Part shown: piece after piece, positions 1-11,690 of the stretch
How the letters are laid out: every line of letters starts with the position of its first letter
Numbering within the stretch: the stretch's first letter is position 1
Source of the DNA: Octopus sinensis
Taxonomy: Eukaryota
Reading direction: 5' to 3'
Length of the DNA: 64,000 nt
Assembly: GCF_006345805.1 (NCBI RefSeq)
Contig: NC_043001.1
Coordinates: 19,034,001 to 19,098,000 of the forward strand
Made by a program: the position numbers and the translations under genes
Notes under the pieces: generated by a model
Told to the model about the DNA's origin: nothing
Database searches by the model: none
What the model saw: the letters and a program-made list of their open reading frames with translations, nothing else

Positions 1-43
1 CCAGCGGTTACTGTTTACATCTCGTTCAGAGATTTATTATTGC

Positions 44-75
<32 letters not shown>

Positions 76-157
76 ATATATATATATGTGTGTATGTATG
101 TATGTATGTATGTATGTATGTATATATGATGTATGTATGTATGTATGTATGTATACA

Positions 158-316
158 CACGGGTTTTTTTTCAGTTTCCGCCTACCAAATACACTCACAA
201 GGTTTTGGTCGGCACGAGGCTATATCAGAAGTCATTTGCCTAAGGTTCCATGCAGTGGGACTGAACCCAGAACCATGTGGTTGGGAAGCAAGCTTCTTAC
301 CACACAGCCACACCTA
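158..316 (-). mobile_element. SINE family A, 5' half (tRNA-derived head)
   Basis: Reverse complement matches the family A head (A-box-like TGGCTGTGTGG, B-box-like GGTTCAGTCCC, then CORE-like ccttgggcaagtgtctt) and runs into the TA/TATG microsatellite. Confidence 0.85.
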
Positions 317-584
317 AAAGATCGGCATCATACACATGTCGACCGTAAACAAGTAAAAAAAAAAAAAAACATGACCCCATAAATGGATCAATGCATGTAC
401 AAGTTGCTATTGTACAGACACCCTCACTGGTTACCAGAAGAGCATAGACGAACTTGTCCTGGATACACAAAGCTGTTAAAAAGAAGCGTCATATTCACCG
501 CTTAAGTGTTCTTGGTGCATGATTTAGACAATCAGCGTCGACTTGCACACGTCCTCATAATCGACTCTTTTTTTTTTTTTTTTT

Positions 585-934
585 TTGTTTCAGTCATTTG
601 ACTGCGGCCATGCTGGAGCACCACCTTTTAGTACTTATTCTATCGGTCTCTTTTTGCCGAACCGCTAAGTGACGGGGACCTAAACACACCAGCATCGGTT
701 GTCAAGCAATGCTAGGGGGACAAACACAGACACACAAACACACACAGATATACATATATATACATATATACGACAGGCTTCTTTCAGTTTCCGTCTACCA
801 AATCCACTCACAAGGCATTGGTCGGCCCGGGGCTATAGCAGAAGACACTTGCCCAAGATGCCACGCAGTGGGACTGAACCCGCAACCGTGTGGTTGGTTA
901 GCAAGCTACTTACCACACAGCCACTCCTGCGCCT
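585..934 (-). mobile_element. SINE family A, near full length
   Basis: Head, central CA/TA microsatellite and 3' body (gctccagcatggccgcagtcaaatgactgaaacaa), with a short internal deletion. Confidence 0.9.
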
Positions 935-1349
935 TGATCTAGTTTTGCATCTATGAATGTTTCTAGACTGTCATTTATGATAATTAGATCATAAAGATGG
1001 TGCTAGCAGTTAACTAATCAAATATAAATCAGCTTTTAGCATAAAATGCAGTTAGAAAGATTAGACGACACTTATGGAATAATTTTTGGTATTTAAGAGT
1101 CATGGAAAGGTTGATAACTAGCATGCAATGTCTGTGCTACAAGCAGAGTAATTAAAATTTTATGCAAGTGTTCGTGTGTGTATATGAGTGTATATGTATG
1201 TATGTGTGTGTGCACATGGTGTGGTGGTTGTGTAATGGTTTAACTAAATAGTCAAAATTCTTAAGCAATCAGTTAAACATTCTTATATCGATAAACCAAA
1301 CGCATTCAAGCTATACTAATCGACTCACGCACATAAACACGTACACACA

Positions 1350-1523
1350 ACATACATACATACATACATGCATACATGCATACATACATACATGCATACA
1401 TACGTACGTACATATATACATACATACATACACACATACATACATACATACATACATACATACACACATACATACATACACACATACATACATACAAACA
1501 TACATACTTACATACACACATAC

Positions 1524-1554
<31 letters not shown>

Positions 1555-1712
1555 CATACATCCCCCCATCCATCCATCCATCCATCCATCCATCCATACA
1601 TACATACATACATCCACCCATCCATCCATCCATCCATCCATCCATACATACATACATACATACATACATACATACATACATACATACACACACACATACA
1701 TACATAGGTACG
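1350..1712. repeat. compound (TACA)n/(TCCA)n microsatellite
   Basis: Seen directly; source of the HTYI/YVCM pseudo-ORFs. Confidence 0.98.
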
Positions 1713-1905
1713 TATCTTCATTCACATAAATAAAGAGGAAAACGAATACACGTACACGCACGTACGCGCCTGCGCCCACACAAGCGCGCATATGTACCTC
1801 TGTATGTAGGCGTGTATATATTCATTTCTACTCTAGGCACAATTCCCGAAATTTGGGGGGAAGGGGATATATTTTATATATTATATATGTTATATATATT
1901 ATATT

Positions 1906-1944
<39 letters not shown>

Positions 1945-2178
1945 TATGTGGGCACAGGGCTTCACGAAACGTGTACAACAATAAAGTACGAAGCACGAGT
2001 ACATGGAACATGAAGTATTCTTTTGAACAACGAAAGACACAAACGGAAAACAAAACAAACAACATAAAGAAGGACTCTTCATCAGTTGTTGGCTGTTTTT
2101 CTTGTCTCGTATTTCGAAAAGCTAATATAGGACTTGCATAGCGTTAGATCCCACCTTGGGACTTCTGGATACCAATAA

Positions 2179-2215
<37 letters not shown>

Positions 2216-2220
<5 letters not shown>

Positions 2221-2464
2221 ATAAAGTGTATATTTAAGCACATGAGAAATCCACTCATAGGATTCAACACGCTAGAAAGAACCGCTAGGTTCTATAACCA
2301 CAAAAATTAGGGATAAAATTCGACAAGAACGAAAGGAAGAATAAAAACATTTTACCATCTAGATGGTAAATTTTACCAACTCGATGGTAAAATGTTTTTA
2401 TTTTTCTAGCATGTTGAATCCTACGAGTGAATTCCTCGTGTGTTAAATATACACTGTATCTTAT
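2216..2464. mobile_element. MITE-like palindromic element
   Basis: About 62-bp imperfect terminal inverted repeats (2216-2278 / 2403-2464), an inner 20-bp inverted repeat, and TA-rich flanks. Confidence 0.6.
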
Positions 2465-2555
2465 GACTGATATATAGTCTTTGGGGCTAAATGTTTACAC
2501 GTTAGACCACTGGAAATGTAAATTTGAATTAATTTCCATTTCCCTTTGATATGAT

Positions 2556-2597
<42 letters not shown>

Positions 2598-2705
2598 TAT
2601 ATTATATATATATATATATATATAATATATATATATAATGTGTCTTCAATGGCAAACAACAATACATTATCATAACTATTATAATTCAATTACCCATAGT
2701 CTGAT

Positions 2706-2858
2706 ATAATCATAATCTTTCGGAATGCAAAAATTCCTTCATCAGATTACGCTAGGAATTGTTCGAGTGACTGCTACAATCGAGTGTAGCAGTGGCTCGA
2801 ACACTTTTCTAGTGATATCTGAAGAAAGAATTTTTGTGGTCCCAAATATTGTCATTAT
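2706..2858. repeat. fold-back palindrome with decayed hammerhead-like motifs
   Basis: Arms 2706-2778 / 2785-2858. Minus strand reads CTGATGA-aGGAATttttgcATTCC-GAAA; plus strand carries the decayed CTGAAGA counterpart. Confidence 0.55.
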
Positions 2859-2994
2859 ATGAGACTATGGATGATTAAATTACACCAGTTATTATAGTCC
2901 ATTGTTGTTAATATAGTGCATTTTTGTGCCATTCGGGACACATTATATTTTACTACACAATACACAATGCTTCAAGCGAACTACAATACTCTCC

Positions 2995-3029
<35 letters not shown>

Positions 3030-3036
<7 letters not shown>

Positions 3037-3490
3037 ATGATAATATTAGGGTAAATCGAAACTTACAGGGAAAAGTTAGCTTTAAGATTAAATCTGATTT
3101 TACAGTATAAATATAAGTTAAATTAGAGATAAAACCACTATTAGGCAAATCAAACAGTGAAAAACATAAACCAAAACATAGAAATAAAATAAATTAATAT
3201 GATATACAAAATATATAAAATATAGAATTCAGAATTTAGATTATTTAAATTTAAAGTTAAAAATTTAAAATTATTAATTTATATTTATAAATTTATATAT
3301 ATATTATTTATTTAATTATTTAATTTTTTTTCAATTAAATATATATAACTATCAAAAAATATTAAAAAGTTTAATATAAGATAAAATGTGAAACCACTAC
3401 GATCGTTTCATACCCATAACCTAGTTCGAATAACAATAATTTAAATTCAATTAAAAATTCGAATTATGATTATAGTCAATCTTCAGGTTA
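3030..3490 (-). mobile_element. AT-rich putative PLE terminal repeat carrying a hammerhead-like motif
   Basis: 3030-3150 resembles 42030-42150 (tattaggg..aaatc..ttacagggaaaa..attagaga.aaaaccactatt). Minus strand 3490-3394 reads CTGAAGA-long stem II-GAAA-CGATCG-TA-GTGG. Confidence 0.55.
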
Positions 3491-3504
3491 ATGATATATA
3501 TATA

Positions 3505-3590
3505 TACGATGGGCTTCTTTCAATTTGTATCTAGCAAATCTATTCACGAGGTTTTGGTCGACCCAAGACCCTAGCAGAAGACTCCTGGTG
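3505..3590 (-). mobile_element. SINE family A, diverged fragment
   Basis: Degenerate match to cacaaggctttggtcggcccgaggctatagtagaagac. Confidence 0.6.
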
Positions 3591-4178
3591 CTACTGCGGG
3601 TCACCTTGGGCAAGCTTTTAATTATAGTGGGTATATATACACTTTCATTGTGGACATTCAAGACGGTGGCTGATGAGATCGTAAACACGACTAAAGCTAC
3701 AGTCGCCCTTCTCTGTGTCTTTTCGTTTTCGATTATCTACGATAATAAATGACTTTTACTTAATTTGCGCTGGCATTGCTGGTTTGCATTTATAAGTCCT
3801 TCTATATAGTATATCATAAGACAAACAAACAAAGACTACTTTACTGGTCAATAATTTATACTATTTGTTCGTCAACGTTGATCAACTAATGTCACCGTGT
3901 TAGCTTTTGGTTCTTTTAGAACGTCGAAAGTTTGCGTAAACAAATGTAACTGAATATTATACATTCATAATAAAACTGTCAGCAGAAAGAACATCTGACA
4001 TTTCGCTGAAATAATATCTATCTCCATCTATCAACCGAAGTCTGATTCATATATTTATTTTAATACTTCGGTTGTTGATTTGTGATTATATCACAAAGTG
4101 CATGAGGGATTCTCACTTTCTCTGTCAAGCTGTCTGCATCATTTTCTCTTTCTCTGTCTCTGTCTCTTTGCCTCTCTC

Positions 4179-4298
<120 letters not shown>

Positions 4299-4561
4299 CT
4301 ATCTATACGTATATATATATGTTAATGTTTCTTTTTATATTCAGTTACAGTAAAAACAATTTCACATTAATATGATGGGTTGTTCTATACTCTTGTAGAG
4401 TAAGATTGTATTATTCTTAAACAAGAATATTATTGACAATGACTTCGAAGTTTGGTCCAAATTTGTGTGTGTGTATGTATGTATGTAGCTCTCTCTCTCC
4501 CTCTCTCTGTATATATATATATATATATATATATACCACTTATAAACAAGGGCAAAAGAAA

Positions 4562-4677
4562 TGGTCGGCCCGATGCTATAGCAGAAGACACTCGACCAAG
4601 GTGCCACGCAGTGGGAATGAACCCGAAACAATGTGGTTGGTAAGCAAGGTACTTACCACACAGCCATTCCTGCGCCT
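4562..4677 (-). mobile_element. SINE family A head
   Basis: Reverse complement of the head up to aggcgcagg. Confidence 0.85.
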
Positions 4678-4706
4678 GTGAAAGATTTCAGAACATTTAT
4701 AAAGAG

Positions 4707-4754
4707 GTCTTACAGCTGTTTCCGGGATATTGTATATATCCCTTCATCGGAAAC
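4707..4754 (-). ncRNA. minimal type-I hammerhead ribozyme-like motif (CCGAUGA variant)
   Basis: gttt-CCGATGA-A-GGGATAT-ataca-ATATCCC-G-GAAA-CAGCTG-TA-agac: stem I, 7-bp stem II, palindromic stem III. Confidence 0.65.
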
Positions 4755-4921
4755 AGTATGAGAAAATGGTTAAGCAATAGTTATTCTAGAGAAGATATGA
4801 AATACAGAGTGAAGTGGAGGAATGAAAACAGACGTGAGATATGCAAGGATATTGTATCTACAGTTCCATTATTTAAGCAGGGTGGTATACATATAAGATT
4901 CCTTAACCATTTCCTCACACC

Positions 4922-4969
4922 GTCTCCGATGATGGAATATATAAAATATCCCGGAAACAGCTGTAAGAC
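4922..4969 (+). ncRNA. minimal type-I hammerhead ribozyme-like motif (inverted partner of 4707-4754)
   Basis: gtct-CCGATGA-tggaatatataaaatatcccg-GAAA-CAGCTG-TA-agac. Confidence 0.65.
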
Positions 4970-5038
4970 CTCTCTATTAATGTTCTGAAACTTTCACAGC
5001 CTTGGATTTTATCTCATTCTGTTAATACATATATATAT

Positions 5039-5080
<42 letters not shown>

Positions 5081-5109
5081 TATAATATATAGATATATAT
5101 ATATATATT

Positions 5110-5140
<31 letters not shown>

Positions 5141-5330
5141 GTAATATATGTATGAATGTATGTGTGTGTATATATATATATATATTATATTATATATATA
5201 TATATATTATATATAGTAGTAGTAACAGAAAAGAGGAATTTCGATTGTCCCCACGTTGTGGGTTGTAATGTATATAAGAAATTAAAAGAGGAAAATACGC
5301 ACACTACATGGTTTTAATATAATTTTTAAT

Positions 5331-6703
5331 ATATCGACCGGTTTCGCTATCTCTATTCATGATATTATGTTTAATTTATTTGAATATATATTTTTTCTTA
5401 AGAAGAAATTTATTCCATGTTGTGTGTGATAAAATTCACGAGTGAATGACTTCATAAGTAGACAAATAAAGGGAAGTAATTAGTTGTTATTATTGTTATT
5501 GTTGTAAGTGAGATAACTGTTCATCTTTCGGTAATGGGTGGGGATTAAATATGTGTACAGAAAAGAGACAGGTTTTAAAAAACCTTGTTTAGTAGGGGAT
5601 TTATGTACAGTGATGTAATCTTGAATGGAATATGTAAAAATATAAAAGTTGGTTATGCGTGCATATTAAGACGTGTTTTGTATTTTTCAATGAAAAAAGT
5701 TTCTTTATTTAAACGTTCTAGTTGAGAGATTGCGTCTTTACACTGGTAGAAAGGGAAGACTGTGAAATTTGGTTTGATTTTACCTGCACATTTTTCTATG
5801 AGTTCACTGAGAGGAATTTGTATTGCTGGAAACGGATTGGCTCCTTATGTAGAGTGATTCTCTTTCTCAAAGTTAAACTCGTTTGTCCAATGTACTAATG
5901 ACCGCAACCCGAGCAGGTTATTACATAAATTAGGTTCTCAGAGGCACAGGTGAAACTAGTTTTAATTGTGAACCTCTGTCCTTGTTTGAAAAGGAAATCC
6001 TAGCCTTCAAGCAGGTTGGGGCAGGTTCCACAGTTCGGCGTCCACACTTTTCAACCGTTGGTTTCGTGGTTGTTTTGTAAAGCTTCGCTTTGGTAGTAGT
6101 CTCTTTAGCGATTTGTCTTGTTTTTTGCATTTGATGAGTTTGTGTGTTTTCAGGATGTCGTTCATTTTTGGATCTCTAGTTAGTAAAGGGAGAGTTTGCA
6201 CAATAGTGTTGAATGCCTCACTGTTTCTGGGGTTGTGTGTTGATATAAAAAGTAATGTTTTGGTTTGAGGTGTGGTGCTATGTTTTTTTTTGTTCTTAGT
6301 GTTTTTGTGTCTAATTCTTTGGCACGTTTAATTCCCTCGTCGATAAGAGAGGGTGGATATTGTATTTCAATAAGTGTTGTTTTGAGGTCTTGAAGACGAA
6401 GACCCCGATAGTTCTATCAGACACTATTGTGCAGATCATTTTTGCTAAGTTAAAAGGGATGTTCATTTTTATGTGTTTCGGGTGGCATGAGTTAAAACGA
6501 AGATATTGTTTTGAATCAGTTGGTTTATAATAAATTTCAGTTATGATTTCATTGTTAACTTTTTTTTATCATTATGTCTAAAAATCGAAGTTGTTCTTTG
6601 TTATATTCCATTGTGAATTGAATGTTACTATTTTTGTCATTTAGTGTTGTTTTGAAATCCAAAAATTTGTCGATGTTCTCCTTCCAGATGATAAAACAGT
6701 CAT

Positions 6704-6710
<7 letters not shown>
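5331..6710 (-). mobile_element. Penelope-like retroelement remnant (RT C-terminal half, GIY-YIG endonuclease, 3' region)
   Basis: Minus-strand translation with stops and frameshifts: YMDDCFIIW..IQFTME..FLDI..YYKPTDSKQYL.FNSCHP.H; then KCGR/NCGTCP..FTCASENLIYVITCSGCGH*YIGQT..LRKR..H; stop at 5653-5655. Truncated by the TA array at 6710. Confidence 0.88.
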
Positions 6711-6752
<42 letters not shown>

Positions 6753-7041
6753 ATATATATTATATATATTTCGTTCTGGGATTGTGTTTGCAAGATTCTA
6801 TATATGAGTTTGTGTGATGAAGCATACTTTGTTGTGTCCGGAGATAATCATTCTCTTTTAATACCTTATTATTTAATACACTCAACAGTTCAGTTTCCAC
6901 TCATTTACTTCTTTAATTTTTCCAAACTTTTCGTTGCATCTTTCAACCTTTTCCGTTATCCGAGCTGTTCGGATAACGGACAAGTCAACGACTATTGAAA
7001 AGGTTACAAGACGCAACGATTAAAGCCTAGTGACCGGTTTT

Positions 7042-7087
7042 GTTAGACGGCAACTGGAAGAAGCCCGTCGGATACGTACGTGCGTGC

Positions 7088-7136
<49 letters not shown>

Positions 7137-7346
7137 TGTGTGTGTGAGTGTGTCTGTGTGTTTTGTGTGTCTGTATTTGTGCCCCCAACATCGCATGACA
7201 ACCGATGTTGGTTTGTTTACGTCTCCGTAACTTAGCGGTTCGGCAAAAGTGACAGATACAATAAGTACTAGGCTTACAAAGAATAAAGGCAGTGCCCCAG
7301 CATGACCGCAGTCAAATGACTGAAACAAGTAAAAGAATAAAAGAAT
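7042..7346 (+). mobile_element. SINE family A, 5'-truncated
   Basis: Central TG microsatellite, 3' body and (taaaaga)n tail. Confidence 0.85.
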
Positions 7347-7409
7347 ATTTATACATTACGGTATTGAGTTAACGACAGACGAGTTGAAAATGAAGCGGAC
7401 ATAACACAA

Positions 7410-7805
7410 TCTTTATATATAAAAGAGAAGTTGTATGTCTGTCTCCTACGATTTAGATTCCTAACTACTGCCACATTTTGCGGTGCAGTTTAACCAAAAG
7501 CGGGTATCTTATAGTCGTGATTCATATCAAGCCCTTCTGGGTATTAGCGCGCGTCTACGATGAGTCTACGATTTAAAAAAAATTTACCATCATTTTTTCC
7601 ATTTTAATGCATTTTTTTCGCTATTATATAAGGGAAGTAACTCTCTAAAAATGTCTACGATGAGTCAACGATTTAAAAAAAAATTACCATAATTTTTTTT
7701 CCATTTTTAAAGCATTTTTTTGCTACTTTTTGGCTATAACTCTCTAATAATGCTTATATAGTTATTTCCCTTACAAACCCGAGCAACGCCGGGCGATACT
7801 GCTAG
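7410..7805 (+). mobile_element. non-autonomous Helitron
   Basis: A|TC 5' end (tctttatatataaaag), 3' hairpin cccgagcaacgccggg (7778-7793), terminal CTAG|T; internal tandem duplication relative to the copy at 48772. Confidence 0.85.
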
Positions 7806-8182
7806 TATATTATAAAGCAAAAACAGATGACAAAAATGCAAAGAACGATAATAAGAGACGAAATTGTTAATGACTTACAAGTCGAATACACAGACCTACG
7901 GACAAACAGGCAGACAGAGAGTTAAATAATGTAGGTCGGTTAATGGGTTGATGAGGTGATCATGACGTTTAGACAGATCTATAATATGTATTTCTGGGAC
8001 ATTAAGCTTTCAGTACTATTTCCTGCACTTTTTATCAAAGTTTTCCTGTTTTAGTTCAATACTATGTCATAGCATGGATTTTTTTTTCTTCCATTGAAAA
8101 AAGCTATGTGGGACGTATGCTCGTTCATACATGCTTACGTGCATGGATTTGTACGTATATGACGGGTTGCTATATATATGTA

Positions 8183-8217
<35 letters not shown>

Positions 8218-8232
8218 ATATATATATATATA

Positions 8233-8271
<39 letters not shown>

Positions 8272-8415
8272 GCCGTGTATGTATGTATGTATTATATAAT
8301 GTATATATATGTATGCTATATATATATATATATTATATATATATATATATGTATATTGTTATGTATATGTATGCGTGTATGTATGTATGTATATATATTA
8401 TGTATAATATGTATG

Positions 8416-8447
<32 letters not shown>

Positions 8448-8497
8448 TACCATATACACACACACATATTATATATATATATGTAATATATATTATA

Positions 8498-8530
<33 letters not shown>

Positions 8531-8569
8531 GTCTGTATATATATTATATATATTATATATATATATAAG

Positions 8570-8616
<47 letters not shown>

Positions 8617-9040
8617 ATATAGGGCATGCGTGTGTGTTTGTGCATTTGCATGTAAATTTAGATGTTTTATTGCACATGCATGTGTATCGGTGTGTGTATC
8701 AGTTTGTGCGTGTGTGTTTGTATTGTTTAGTATATATGTGTATGCTTATGTCTGTAATTTTCATGAGTTGTCTTTATTTGCGCTTGTATAAGTGTATATT
8801 TCCACATGCGTTGCCTCTACCTGTAGCAACCTGAGTGAACGACAACTCATAGTGTACGTTTGTGTAATTGTATAGGTGTGCGTACTTTTAAAATATTTGA
8901 ACGTGCGTGCATATTTGAATGTGTGTATGTGTAGGTGTAAGTGTGTATCTATGTACTCTGTTAGTGATGTATATGTGGGTGCTTGCATTTGTAATGTCAA
9001 TGATCGTTTCGTATACGTACTTATATATATATGTCAGAAA

Positions 9041-9632
9041 GACGGCGAGTGGCAGAATCGTTAGCACGCCGGGTGAAATGCTTAGCGGTATTTAGTCTGC
9101 CGCTACGTTCTGAGTTCAAATTCCGCCGAGGTCGACTTTGCCTTTCATCCTTTCGGGGTCGATTAAATAAGTACCAGTTGCGCACTGCGGTCCATATAAT
9201 CTACTTAATCCGTTTGTCTCTCCTTGTTTGTCCTCTCTGTGTTTAGGCCCATGTGGGTAGTAAAGAAATAGGTATTTTGCCTGCTGTTATGTTCTGAGTT
9301 CAAAGTCCGCCAGGGTCGACTTTGCCTTTCACCCTTTCGGGGTCGATTAAAAAAGTACCAGTTACGCACTGGGGTCCATATAATCTACTTAATCCGTTTG
9401 TCTCTCCTTGTTTGTCCTATCTGTGTTTAGCCCCTTGTGGGTAGTAAAGAAATAGGTATTTCATCTGTCTACATTCTGAGTTCAAATTCCGCCGAGGTCG
9501 ACTTTGCCTTTCATCCTTTCGGGGTCGATAAATTAAGTACCAGTTACGCACTGGAGTCGATGCAATCAACTTAATCTCTTTGTCCTTGTTTGTCCCCTCT
9601 GTGTTTAGCCACTTGTGGGCTATAAAGAAATA

Positions 9633-9637
<5 letters not shown>
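9041..9637 (+). mobile_element. SINE family B, head-to-tail trimer
   Basis: One headed unit (tggcagaatcg; B-box-like gagttcaaattcc) plus two headless units starting at 9271 and 9455. Confidence 0.85.
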
Positions 9638-9687
<50 letters not shown>

Positions 9688-9995
9688 AATGCCAAAATGA
9701 ATTTCTGTGTGTCAGCGTGTCACACTTTGACCTTCTCACTCACTATTCAATGACACTTTTACTATTCCTCATATTGGAGTGAGAGTAATAGTAGGCATAG
9801 AGACGAGGGTGGTAGTAGATTGATGGCTGTGATGGTAATGGGGTGATAGTAATAGTGTGAGCTCTAGTTGTGATAGAGGTAGGGGCGACGGTGATGATGG
9901 TGGTGCTAGTAGCTGAGGCAGTCGGGGTTGACGGTGATGGTAAGCGATGTGAAAGGCAGTGGTGATGGTGGTAGAGGGGAAGGCATCAGAAGTCT

Positions 9996-10095
9996 NNNNN
10001 NNNNNNNNNNNNNNNNNNNNNNNNNNNNNNNNNNNNNNNNNNNNNNNNNNNNNNNNNNNNNNNNNNNNNNNNNNNNNNNNNNNNNNNNNNNNNNN
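9996..10095. other. assembly gap (100 N)
   Basis: Run of N between low-complexity GAT/GGT and GA repeats. Confidence 1.
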
Positions 10096-10339
10096 GAGAG
10101 AGGGAGAGAGAAAGAGAGAGGCTAGAAAAATGATTGTACTGAACCCCGAATAGGAAGGCAAAAATGTTTAGCATGCAGTTTTGCAATAAGTTCCAATGTC
10201 GACAAATTATATGATTGTTTTGATGAAAATTGTTCATTACTTGAAAAATATTGGTCACGTTTAATAAAATTTAATATGTACTCAATGCATGAAGTGCCAA
10301 TATTGGGACCAAAGCCCAATAAAAAGCTCTCCATAAGAG

Positions 10340-10379
10340 CTAGCTTAAAAGCCGCCATATCAGGCGGCTTTTAAGCTAG
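10340..10379. repeat. perfect 17-bp hairpin
   Basis: ctagcttaaaagccgcc-atatca-ggcggcttttaagctag. Confidence 0.9.
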
Positions 10380-10996
10380 TGTATATATAGCTAATTGTTT
10401 TGCTTGTTATAACCAGAAATGGCTCTGACAAAAGTAGCATTAATTCTTTTAGGTCATTCAATTTTTCTCAACTGATCAATAGAGTAAAGTTATCAGTACC
10501 GTGCCTATAATGATTACTGGAAACAGATGTAAGTCAAATTTACTCTAATAAAGGGAAAATATGTAATGACCATTACCTATAACTTGTCTTATATACCGCT
10601 CTGTGGAATAAACAAGTCTGTCTGGAGTCCAATCACAGATTTACAATATAGAATTGTGATGAACCTTGCACCCTACCATGGGAATACTTGGACTTCTTCA
10701 CTAGTTTAAACAATATCATTAGCCAGGTGTGCAAACAGAAAGCTTATGAAGCATTTTGCCCGGATTGATAATCTCTCACTATATATAAACATGTGTGTGT
10801 GTATGTTTATGTGCGTGTGTGTGTGTTTGTGTGCGTGTGTGTATTTGTGTGTGGGTTTGTGTGTGTGTTTATGTGTGTGTGCATGTGAGAAAGCGCTAAT
10901 ACATGATATAGGTTATATGATATATAAAAAATGTAATATACAAATAAATATCTGTAATATAAACCATCCGATTTTCTGAGTACCTCATTTCTTCTA

Positions 10997-11029
<33 letters not shown>

Positions 11030-11354
11030 ATATATATCGTTTTTGTATTTGGTTCGCAAGATTCTTTATGTGAATTCGTGTGTTGAAGCATAATTTATTG
11101 TGTCTGGAGAGAGTCATAATAAATAAGTAAATCAGTGGAAATCGACCGGTGTGTGTTAATTAATAAGGCATTAAAACAGACACAATAATTTATATATATA
11201 TATATATATATATATACATCTATATATATATATATATATATCACCTGATCACCTGACCGACCAGACCATCAAATGTTGCTACACATCGCTGATCACAATG
11301 CGTTCGCATTGTTTTAGCCTTCGAATGACGCCACACCACTGGCTAAGCGAGCAG

Positions 11355-11400
<46 letters not shown>

Positions 11401-11437
11401 TATATGTATATATGTATGTATGTATGTTATATATTCG

Positions 11438-11540
<103 letters not shown>

Positions 11541-11599
11541 TACATACATACATACATACATACATGCATACATACATACATATATATGATATGTATCAA

Positions 11600-11632
<33 letters not shown>

Positions 11633-11633
11633 G

Positions 11634-11690
<57 letters not shown>

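Noticed and set aside
1950-2100. GAAACGTGTA on plus and CTGATGAAG on minus
   Set aside because: The two half-cores are on opposite strands and do not assemble into one ribozyme.
9041-9637. Tandem units of about 185 bp as a CRISPR-like array or satellite
   Set aside because: No repeat-spacer structure; the units are bodies of a dispersed SINE.
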